A DNA stretch of 61,775 nucleotides, the filler included. It is 3 parts of 3 records of this genome, joined end to end, with 100 filler letters (N's around TTAATTAATTAA, not from the genome) between each part and the next. Parts side by side here need not be neighbours in the genome. Positions count along the whole stretch, not along the records: positions 1 to 30,853 come from SRR20825006_1830; 2 more parts are not named here. One strand, written 5' to 3'. The notes under the pieces are model-generated. The model saw only the letters and a list, made by a program, of their open reading frames with translations. It was not told where the DNA came from and made no database searches. Of this stretch, positions 9,702 to 17,379 are shown piece after piece. The position numbers were made by a program, and so were the translations under genes. Every line of letters starts with the position of its first letter. Positions within the stretch are counted from its first letter, which is position 1.

Positions 9702-10729
9702 GATTTACCTCCCATAAGCCGGTCTTTTGACTGGTCCACAAGGACAGCAACAATGATCACAAGGCCCACCGCAACGAATTGCCAATAGGGCGGCAAGCCG
9801 CAGAAGACGAGACCAAACTGGATCACGGCGATGATGAAGGCGCCGATGACGGTGCCGGTGATGGTGCCCTGACCGCCGGTGAGTGACGCACCTCCGATGA
9901 ACACCGCAGCGACGGCGTAAAGCAGGATCGGTTCCCCCGCATTGGCGGCTCCGGCCGAAAAACGGCTGGTGTAGATCAGCCCACCAATACCCGCCGTGAA
10001 GGCCGAAAGGATAAAGAGCAGGATCAGGTGCTTTTTGACATTCACGCCAGCCCGTTCCACCGAGGCACGGTTGGCCCCGAGCGCATAGGTGTGGGCGCCA
10101 AATCGCGTGTGCTTGAGCAGGTAGTGACAGACGAGCGTCAGAACGGCGGCCACGACCAGTGGAACCGGAAGACCGAGGATGTCACCATTGCCGAAAGCGC
10201 GGGTATGGTCGTTGCGGATCGACACCGTCGCACCGCCGGCCACAATCAGGGCCGCGCCACGGGCGATGCCATAGGTGCCCAGCGTACCGATGAAACTCGG
10301 CACATTCAGGATGGCAACAAGCCAACCGTTGACCGCGCCGACCAACGCGGCAGCGCCGAGACCTGCCAGCATGGCGAGAATCACGGTGACCCAGTCAGCG
10401 TCTGCGCCCGCCGTCCGAACGATCAGGGCCATGACAACCGCCGCGAAACCGGTACTGAAGGCGATCGAGAGGTCGATGTGACCTGCCACGATGACCAACG
10501 TCAGTCCAAGACCGAGCAAAAGGATCTGCGAGGCGGCAATCGAGATGGCTTGCAGGTTATAGATCCGGAAAAGTAGGGTGCTTCCGGTTTGGGTTTGTGC
10601 ATAGATTTCGAAAAAGCCGAGGATGAGGATCAGGAACAGCCACGACCATGCGTTTAGCAGGGACCTCACGAATGAGGTCCCCCCGGGTTTAATGTTGGTG
10701 TTACTCCCGTTCACCGTATTATCCGTCAT
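9698..10729 (-). CDS. Sugar ABC transporter permease (RbsC/CUT2 family)
   Basis: Hydrophobic; GHIDLS, PSFIGTLG, TRFG..YALGAN, AAVFIGGASLTGG. Confidence 0.92.
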   Translation of the reverse strand: MTDNTVNGSNTNIKPGGTSFVRSLLNAWSWLFLILILGFFEIYAQTQTGSTLLFRIYNLQAISIAASQILLLGLGLTLVIVAGHIDLSIAFSTGFAAVVMALIVRTAGADADWVTVILAMLAGLGAAALVGAVNGWLVAILNVPSFIGTLGTYGIARGAALIVAGGATVSIRNDHTRAFGNGDILGLPVPLVVAAVLTLVCHYLLKHTRFGAHTYALGANRASVERAGVNVKKHLILLFILSAFTAGIGGLIYTSRFSAGAANAGEPILLYAVAAVFIGGASLTGGQGTITGTVIGAFIIAVIQFGLVFCGLPPYWQFVAVGLVIIVAVLVDQSKDRLMGGKS

Positions 10730-11697
10730 TCTGAGTAGATGAATTTGGCAGTTGCGTCGTCATTGACATTGTTGGCGTCAATCACGGTAAAGCCGGTGCC
10801 GATTGAGACCGGAACGGAGTTGCCGGTGAGAACGGCATAGGCCGTCATCACACCGTAATAGCCAATCTCCGCCGGGTGCTGGGCGATAGCCGCATCAACG
10901 AGGCCCGAGGAGATGTTGTTCACAATCGAGGTGGGAGCATCAAAGGCGATCACGGTCACCTCATCCGCTTTGTTGGCGCTTTCGACACCGTTGGCAGCAC
11001 CGAGAGCCGAAAAGAGGTTGGCACCAAAGACGCCCGAGATGTCTGGGTTGCGCGCCAGAACGGCCTGAAACTGTGAGGCCGCCAACGAGGCGTCGTTCTC
11101 GTTATACTGGGTTTCAAGCACTTCGACGTTTGGAAAGCTCTCGGCCATCTCTGCCTTGAAACCCTCTTCACGCTGGTCCGTGGTCGAAATGCCGGGACGG
11201 ACATTCGAGACATAGACCTTGCCTTCGCCCCCCATCTGATTTGCCATGTAGCGGGCTGCCATGCGGCCGCCTGCGGTGTTGTCCGAGGCGATGTAGGAGA
11301 ATGGGAAATCCCCGTCTCCGGCACCGTCCTGATACTTGCCGTCGTCGATGAACGTGTCGACGGTGATGACCGGGATTCCCGCTTCCGACGCGCGGCGCAG
11401 CGGCTCGATCATCTGGACGCTGTCGGTCGGAGCAATCAGGATCGCATCCGGGCCGCGACCAATGACGGCGTCAAGGACCGGGGTTTGCAGGACCGGATCA
11501 AATTCTTCGGCCCCCTGAAAGTCGACGGTGATTCCAAGGGCGTCCGCGGCCGCCTGCGCACCACGATTCATGGTGATATAAAAGGCGTCAGTGGTGAGGC
11601 CGGGAATAAGGGTGATCCTGAGATCGTCCTGTGCTTGTACGGCTCCGGCGGAGCCGAGTACCGCTGCGAAGACAGCGGTTTTGATAAGATTTTTCAT
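10726..11697 (-). CDS. Sugar ABC transporter substrate-binding protein (RbsB-like)
   Basis: Signal peptide MKNLIKTAVFAAVLGSAGAVQA; DAFY, IPVITVDT, ASDN, AQHPAEIGY; GGGAGG RBS upstream. Confidence 0.92.
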   Translation of the reverse strand: MKNLIKTAVFAAVLGSAGAVQAQDDLRITLIPGLTTDAFYITMNRGAQAAADALGITVDFQGAEEFDPVLQTPVLDAVIGRGPDAILIAPTDSVQMIEPLRRASEAGIPVITVDTFIDDGKYQDGAGDGDFPFSYIASDNTAGGRMAARYMANQMGGEGKVYVSNVRPGISTTDQREEGFKAEMAESFPNVEVLETQYNENDASLAASQFQAVLARNPDISGVFGANLFSALGAANGVESANKADEVTVIAFDAPTSIVNNISSGLVDAAIAQHPAEIGYYGVMTAYAVLTGNSVPVSIGTGFTVIDANNVNDDATAKFIYSE

Positions 11698-11839
11698 ATA
11701 GGTTTCCTCCCTTGTTCGCACGGCTCCATTGAGCCGCATCTCTTGATCTGCCCCTTCCTCCTCAGGGCGAATCAAAGAACCGAAATTCGGTGACGGCAGC
11801 TTGCCGGGGTTCTTCCAGCCTAGCAAGAAGTAAATATCA

Positions 11840-11851
11840 GAAATATATTTC
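11840..11851. promoter_or_regulatory. Palindromic operator 1 (candidate SorC-family site)
   Basis: Perfect palindrome GAAATATATTTC upstream of the SBP gene. Confidence 0.6.
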
Positions 11852-11980
11852 CAAACTCTGCAACTGTGGAAACCCAAATGGTTGCCGCATTCCAATCTGC
11901 CTCTTGATCCGCGGGTTATCCGCGAGTCCGCCTGAGACAGATTGCCATTTGTCGTCGCTTGGTGCAGGAGGTTTATGTCT

Positions 11981-11992
11981 GAAACATATTTC
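11981..11992. promoter_or_regulatory. Palindromic operator 2
   Basis: GAAACATATTTC, 12 bp before the regulator start; flanks TCw...CA shared with operator 1. Confidence 0.6.
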
Positions 11993-12004
11993 CAGTGAGA
12001 GCCG

Positions 12005-12946
12005 ATGACCAAGCGCGTGAAACCCCACAAACTTCTCAATCGTCATATGATGCATACGGCGGCCAAGCTGCACTATCTGGAAGGATTGTCGCAGGTTGAG
12101 GTCTCCCGTCGCATGGAGGTGTCGACCGCGACGATCTCTCGCCTGCTGGGTCTTGCCCGAGACGAGGGGATTGTCCGCATTCAGGTGTTGGACCTCGACG
12201 AGTCTGACGGGCTGGGAAACAAACTTGCGGCGGCTCTGGGCCTGAAATCCGTCCGAGTGACGGAAAGTGACAAAGCGGTGGCGCTCAGCACACAGGTGGG
12301 CGCTTTGCTCATTGAGGCAAACCTTGCCCCCGGAGCTGTCGTGGCCATTGGCTGGGGCCGCACGATTCAAAGCGTCATCTCCGCCGGTCTGCCTAAGGTG
12401 CCCGAGGTGGTGGTTGTGCCTATAACTGGCGGGATGCATGAGACCGCGTCTCACTTTCAGATCAATGAATTCGTGCGCATGGCGGCGGAACAGATGGGGG
12501 GGGAACCACGGTTTCTCTATGCTCCTTCGATGGTGTCACCTGAGTTGCATTCCGTTCTCCTGCGCGATCCGCGCACGGCTCAGCTGATTGACCTTTGGGC
12601 GCGGGTCGACGTGGCAATCGTGGGCCTTGGGGCCTATTTGCGTGACGGGACGAATACCAGCATGGGCTTCAGCGCGGCGGAGGCAACGCGGGTGTCAGGC
12701 GACGTCGTGCGGCACTATTTTGACAGGGAAGGGTGTGAAATTCGTTGGCCGGGGCAGGAGAACCAGATGTCGATTGGCCGGGCGCAACTCGAACGCATTC
12801 CGCTGTCTATCGGCGTTGCCATGGGGCGCGAAAAGGCGGCGTCCATCATCGGTGCCGCACGTTCGGGGATGATCAACGCACTGGTGACAGATACCCGGGC
12901 GGCAAGCCAGGTGCTTGATCTGCTGGAAAGCAGCGAAACTACCTAG
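12005..12946 (+). CDS. SorC/DeoR-type sugar-binding transcriptional regulator
   Basis: HYLEGLSQVEVSRRMEVSTATISRLL HTH; IGWGRT; GDV..HYFD; ALVTD. Confidence 0.9.
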   Translation: MTKRVKPHKLLNRHMMHTAAKLHYLEGLSQVEVSRRMEVSTATISRLLGLARDEGIVRIQVLDLDESDGLGNKLAAALGLKSVRVTESDKAVALSTQVGALLIEANLAPGAVVAIGWGRTIQSVISAGLPKVPEVVVVPITGGMHETASHFQINEFVRMAAEQMGGEPRFLYAPSMVSPELHSVLLRDPRTAQLIDLWARVDVAIVGLGAYLRDGTNTSMGFSAAEATRVSGDVVRHYFDREGCEIRWPGQENQMSIGRAQLERIPLSIGVAMGREKAASIIGAARSGMINALVTDTRAASQVLDLLESSETT

Positions 12947-12956
12947 CACCTAATGT

Positions 12957-12970
12957 AGAAATTTATTTCT
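12957..12970. promoter_or_regulatory. Palindromic operator 3
   Basis: AGAAATTTATTTCT upstream of the aldolase operon. Confidence 0.55.
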
Positions 12971-13206
12971 GAAAAAAATTGTTGAGAATGAACTCCGCGA
13001 CCGCTACTGCTTAGTCAAGCTGCGGGGGCTGGAGGGATTCCGAATGAGAATCGCATCATCTGCACCGATGGCAGGGGGAGGGGTCTCAGCAGAAATGCGG
13101 GATGCCACGACGGGTTCGCCTGTCGTGCCCCTGTCTGCGGTGTCCGCAGCCTGAGTGACCGGCACATGCCGGATGGCGAGATGATACGAGACAAGGATCA
13201 ACCCGA

Positions 13207-14112
13207 ATGACCAAATTGATGACGACAGCCGAACGCCGTGGGTACCGGCAGATTTGCGGGGACAACGGCTTGATGATGGTTGTTGCCTGTGACCAACGCG
13301 GCGGGATGCGCAAGGTCTTGGCCGACACCCCAGAGGCCCAATCGGCCATCGACGAAGCCATGCTGGGTGTGGTGAAATCCGGCATAGTGCGTCATTTGGC
13401 GAACAAAGCCTCCTGCGTGCTGCTCGACGCGGTATGCGCCGTGCCGGGGGTTGTGGACGACGGGACGCTGTCCCGCGACACGGGTCTGTTGATCGGTCTG
13501 GATGCCTCGGGCTGGGACACGGACGAGAACGGCTATCAAATATCGAAACTCGTGCCGGGCATCACGGCGCGCCGTGTGCGTGAGCTGGGCGGGACGGGTG
13601 CGAAGCTCATGGTTTACCTGCGGCCCGATCGGCCGGACGCCAACGTGATCAACGTCGGGATCATCAAGGATTGCATCGCGGATTTCGCCGCCGAAGACCT
13701 TCTTCTGGTTGTCGAAATCCTGACCTACCAACTCGACGGTGAAAGCGATGAGGCCTATCGCGCGGCCTTCCCAAGCCTTATCGTCGAAAGCGCGCGGATT
13801 TCGTTGGAGCTTGGTTCCAAAGTTCTCAAGCTGCCCTATCCGGGGACGGCGGAGGCCTGTGCCGAAATCTCTGCGCTTTGTGGGGATGTGCCTTGGGCCG
13901 TGCTGTCTGCCGGTGTTGACCACGACACTTTCATCGGTCAGGTCGAAACCGCGATGCAAAACGGGGCCTCAGGCGTCATCGCCGGGCGCGCCCTATGGAA
14001 AGACTGCATTTCGTTGACCCCGGAGGTCAACGCGGACAATCTGGAAAAGATTGCCAGTGAACGGCTCAAGCAAATCCAGGACATCTTGGAACGCCATGCG
14101 GACAAGCGCTAA
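13207..14112 (+). CDS. Class I aldolase, LacD/YihT family (tagatose-1,6-bisphosphate aldolase-like)
   Basis: ACDQRGGM, AKLMVY, VLKLPYP (Schiff-base Lys), WAVLSAGV, GASGVIAGRALW. Confidence 0.85.
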   Translation: MTKLMTTAERRGYRQICGDNGLMMVVACDQRGGMRKVLADTPEAQSAIDEAMLGVVKSGIVRHLANKASCVLLDAVCAVPGVVDDGTLSRDTGLLIGLDASGWDTDENGYQISKLVPGITARRVRELGGTGAKLMVYLRPDRPDANVINVGIIKDCIADFAAEDLLLVVEILTYQLDGESDEAYRAAFPSLIVESARISLELGSKVLKLPYPGTAEACAEISALCGDVPWAVLSAGVDHDTFIGQVETAMQNGASGVIAGRALWKDCISLTPEVNADNLEKIASERLKQIQDILERHADKR

Positions 14113-14995
14113 CACAACGATCGGCGTGGATGTCGGGGGGACCCGCATCCGCGTCGCGCGGATCACGGCAGAAGGGGCGCTTCTGGACCGGGTGATCGAA
14201 CCCGTCTGTCAGGACGCTGGCGGGTTTTTGACGCAACTTTTGCGCTTGGTGGACAGGATGCGCCACGGGGCCTCGGCTGTCGGTATTGGCATTCCAGGCC
14301 GTGTTGATGGCCGCACAAAGAAAATTCTTTCCGCGGGATATCTGGATATCGCCGGGCTTGATCTTGCGGCAGAGGTGCGACAGGCGACAGGGCTACCCGT
14401 CCGCGTTGAAAATGATGCGACCATGGCGCTGATTGCCGAGGGGGTCAGCCGTACGGGTGGGCGTGACGGGTTGGTCTTTATGGTGACGATCGGCACGGGC
14501 ATTGGCGGCGCTGCGCTCCTTGATGGTCAGCCGTGGTACGGCGGGGGCCTGTCGGGTCAGTTTGGTCATATCGTCGTCTCTTCTGACGGGCCTCTGTGCA
14601 AATGCGGACGCTGCGGGTGTGTCGAGACATTCAGTTCCGGCACGGCCCTTGGGCGATTGATGGCCGAGGCCGGTATGCCCGAGGACATGCGCGCAGAGGA
14701 GGTGCTGTCCCGCGCCGAAGCCGGGGACGGTCAAGCGCGGGTCCTGCTCGATGTTTGGGCGGCGCCGCTTCAGCGGGCTTTGCAATCTCTGGTGTCGATG
14801 GCGGATCCAAAGCTGATCCTGGTGGGCGGGGGGCTTGGGCAGGAAATGTCTGCGGCTCTGGCGCATCTGACGGACGAGTCGCGTTGGTTCACGGTGCCGG
14901 TCGAACCGGCGCGTTTGGGCGACACTGCGGGGGTGATCGGTGCGGGTCTCGCCGCGTTCGATATCGCCTCGGAGATGACGGGGCAATTCCGATGA
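14096..14995 (+). CDS. ROK family sugar kinase
   Basis: GVDVGGT, ENDA, TIGTGIGG, GQFGH, CKCGRCGCVE zinc motif; no HTH. Confidence 0.9.
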   Translation: MRTSANTTIGVDVGGTRIRVARITAEGALLDRVIEPVCQDAGGFLTQLLRLVDRMRHGASAVGIGIPGRVDGRTKKILSAGYLDIAGLDLAAEVRQATGLPVRVENDATMALIAEGVSRTGGRDGLVFMVTIGTGIGGAALLDGQPWYGGGLSGQFGHIVVSSDGPLCKCGRCGCVETFSSGTALGRLMAEAGMPEDMRAEEVLSRAEAGDGQARVLLDVWAAPLQRALQSLVSMADPKLILVGGGLGQEMSAALAHLTDESRWFTVPVEPARLGDTAGVIGAGLAAFDIASEMTGQFR

Positions 14996-15564
14996 GAGGC
15001 GCGGTGTTGGTCAACGGGGTGCCGGCAAGCGGCAAATCTACCGTCGCGACAGCGCTGGTGGCTCAGCTTGACGCAGCAGGTATTGCGGCGGTGCCGCTGA
15101 GCCTTGATACGGTCAAAGAAGGCCTTTTTGCGCATATCGGCACCGGCGACCGGGACCATAACCGGATGCTGGGTCGTGCGAGTTACCACGCCATTTTCAA
15201 CTCCATTTCTGCCTTTCCGCAGCGCCTGATCCCGGTGATCGACGCGTGGCACGGATTTCAACCCGAAGAGGTTCTGCGCGCGCATATCAGGCGGGCCGGG
15301 ATTGAGCGGCTGGTTGAGATCTGGGTGGCCATACCGCCCGATTTGGCGGCGGAGCGATACCGTGCGCGTTCAAGCGGGCGACATGCCGGGCATTTGCCCG
15401 CCTCCTATGCCGATGAACTTTACGAGCTCGCAAGCGTGGCCCGACCGCGCACATTGAGCCCGGTGATAGAGGTCGATGGGGATGCGCCGATACCGGACGA
15501 TCTTGGTGCGCGGGTTCTGGCGGCGCTGAACGGGGAGGGCGGTGACGTCAGAGGGACAAGGTGA
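14992..15564 (+). CDS. Small P-loop kinase-like protein (AAA_33/gluconate-kinase fold)
   Basis: Walker A NGVPASGKS, LSLDTVKE, R..R lid motif; ATGA-coupled to the ROK gene. Confidence 0.75.
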   Translation: MRGAVLVNGVPASGKSTVATALVAQLDAAGIAAVPLSLDTVKEGLFAHIGTGDRDHNRMLGRASYHAIFNSISAFPQRLIPVIDAWHGFQPEEVLRAHIRRAGIERLVEIWVAIPPDLAAERYRARSSGRHAGHLPASYADELYELASVARPRTLSPVIEVDGDAPIPDDLGARVLAALNGEGGDVRGTR

Positions 15565-15718
15565 CGGGCAACGTGACGGGCAGGCCCATCACAACCGACC
15601 AGCTTTGCGAGAGGCTCGTACGGTTGGGTCGCTCTGCATCCGCCTTGCCGATGGATGGGTTTCATTACGATGATGCGGTGCTCATTCAACCCTGAGAAAC
15701 ACCATGGGAGGAAGACAG

Positions 15719-16447
15719 ATGGCGGATTATGACAAGGGAGCACTTCTTGTAACCGGTGCCAGCGGCGGCATCGGCGGCGCAACCGTGCGTTTGCTGTGTC
15801 ACAAAGGGGCGGATGTGATCGCTGCTGGCCAGAACGAGGAAAAACTTGCAGCACTGGCGCATGAAACCGGCTGCCGGACCTTGGTTTTCGACCTGACCTC
15901 GGAAGACAGCGTTGCGGCGGCACTTGGCGATCTGGATCTGTGGGGAGTGGTGAATTGCGGTGGGTTCGGCGGTGAGATCGCAACGCCGATGGAGACTGAC
16001 ATCTCGGTTTTTGACAAGGTCATCTCGATCAATGCGCGCGGCGCGCTGCTTGTGACGAAATACACGTCGCGCACGATGATCCGTCTGGGCCGTGGTGGCG
16101 CGATCGTGAATGTGTCGAGTCAGGCTTCTTTGGTCGGACTGAAAGGGCATATCTCCTACGGCTCGTCAAAGGCGGCCCTCGACAATATCACCCGCGTGTC
16201 CGCCCTGGAACTGGGCCGCCACGACATCCGGGTGAACGGGGTGCATCCGACTGTGGTGATGACGCCGATGTCCGCGTGGTACTGGGGACGACCCGAGATC
16301 GAGGGGCCGTTTTTAAGCCAGATGCCATTGGGCCGTTGGGCCACCGAGGCGGACATCGCGGCGCCAATCGCCTTTCTGTTGAGTGAGGGCGCGTCGATGA
16401 TTTCCGGCGTGGCCTTGCCGATCGACGGCGGCTATACGGCGGTATGA
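15719..16447 (+). CDS. SDR oxidoreductase resembling L-xylulose/dicarbonyl reductase (DCXR)
   Basis: TGASGGIG, NVSS, YGSSK; the C-terminus LELGRHDIRVNGVHPTVVMTPM resembles DCXR as I recall it. Confidence 0.8.
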   Translation: MADYDKGALLVTGASGGIGGATVRLLCHKGADVIAAGQNEEKLAALAHETGCRTLVFDLTSEDSVAAALGDLDLWGVVNCGGFGGEIATPMETDISVFDKVISINARGALLVTKYTSRTMIRLGRGGAIVNVSSQASLVGLKGHISYGSSKAALDNITRVSALELGRHDIRVNGVHPTVVMTPMSAWYWGRPEIEGPFLSQMPLGRWATEADIAAPIAFLLSEGASMISGVALPIDGGYTAV

Positions 16448-16531
16448 GACGGAGGTGATCTGTGCGCCGCGCGGTGATCCAGCAAAGTCGAACCGATGGT
16501 CGGGAGCGCCATAGTTTTTTGTAAGATCAAA

Positions 16532-16559
16532 AAGTCCTATAATTGGTATTATGTATATT
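16532..16559 (+). other. dif-like XerC/XerD recombination site, probably the chromosomal dif
   Basis: AAGTCCTATAA-TTGGTA-TTATGTATATT has the 11-6-11 layout with core ATAA-N6-TTATGT (E. coli dif: GGTGCGCATAA-TGTATA-TTATGTTAAAT). It lies in AT-rich intergenic DNA and KOPS polarity converges on it. Confidence 0.8.
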
Positions 16560-16645
16560 AAGTAGATACTGTGCCACCGGAACTACGTGTAATAATGCTT
16601 TGTAATATAGGTATTATATCCTAACTCCCACAGCTCGCCACACTG

Positions 16646-17254
16646 TTAAAACGTCGGTGGCGTGCAGGCGCTGAACATCACACAGGGCTCCGGCCCAACC
16701 TGACGAAACCGATGCGGTGTGCGGCTGTCAAAATAATACGCATCACCGGGCCCAAGAATTTTTCGCTCTTCGCCGACAGTGATCTCAATGCGGCCAGAGA
16801 TCACAATGCCACCTTCCTCCGCCTCATGGCCATACATCACACGCCCCGTATCCGCGCCCGGTTGATAGGTTTCCTTCAACAACATCATCGCGCGCCCAAA
16901 CAACGTCGATCCCACCTGTTTGAGCGACAGCTTGCCTTTGCCGATCTCCACAAGATCCTCAGCCGCATAGAAAATCTGCCGTTCAGGATCCGGCTCAAAG
17001 GCAAAGAACTCCGACATCCGCACCGGAATACCATCCAAGATTTTGCGCAGCGCCCCGACAGAGGGATTCATCTTGCCGGACTCAATCAAGGAGATCGTCG
17101 AATTGGGCACGCCGACCTTTTTGGCCAAGGCCCGCTGTGACAGCCCGGCACGATCGCGCAACACGCGCAGTCGATGCCCAAGCGCCAGATCGTCCTGAAC
17201 GCCGGAATGCGGTTGATGGTGAGTCGTGGAGACTTGGGTGTTGGAAGTGTTCAT
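16646..17254 (-). CDS. XRE-cupin transcriptional regulator (PuuR/PauR-like)
   Basis: LSQRALAKKVGVPNSTISLIE HTH plus cupin (EEGG..ISG, YYFDSRTPHRF); divergent from gabT. Confidence 0.85.
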   Translation of the reverse strand: MNTSNTQVSTTHHQPHSGVQDDLALGHRLRVLRDRAGLSQRALAKKVGVPNSTISLIESGKMNPSVGALRKILDGIPVRMSEFFAFEPDPERQIFYAAEDLVEIGKGKLSLKQVGSTLFGRAMMLLKETYQPGADTGRVMYGHEAEEGGIVISGRIEITVGEERKILGPGDAYYFDSRTPHRFRQVGPEPCVMFSACTPPTF

Positions 17255-17379
17255 TATATCTAAACTTCTGTTTCAAGACCCTATGATTATAAGGGCTTAA
17301 AAACAGAAAGAAACAGACTATTGTGATATTCAAATCCCGCATAGCGTTTCTTTAAACACAGATGTGAAAGGCTGTTCCC

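Noticed and set aside
13207..14112. Sulfoquinovose (YihT) pathway interpretation of the aldolase
   Set aside because: No sulfoquinovosidase, isomerase or sulfolactaldehyde reductase nearby; the neighbours point to tagatose/polyol chemistry.
15561..15582. GTGACGGGCA direct repeat, two copies
   Set aside because: Only two short copies with a 2-nt gap; not CRISPR-like and no mobile element nearby.
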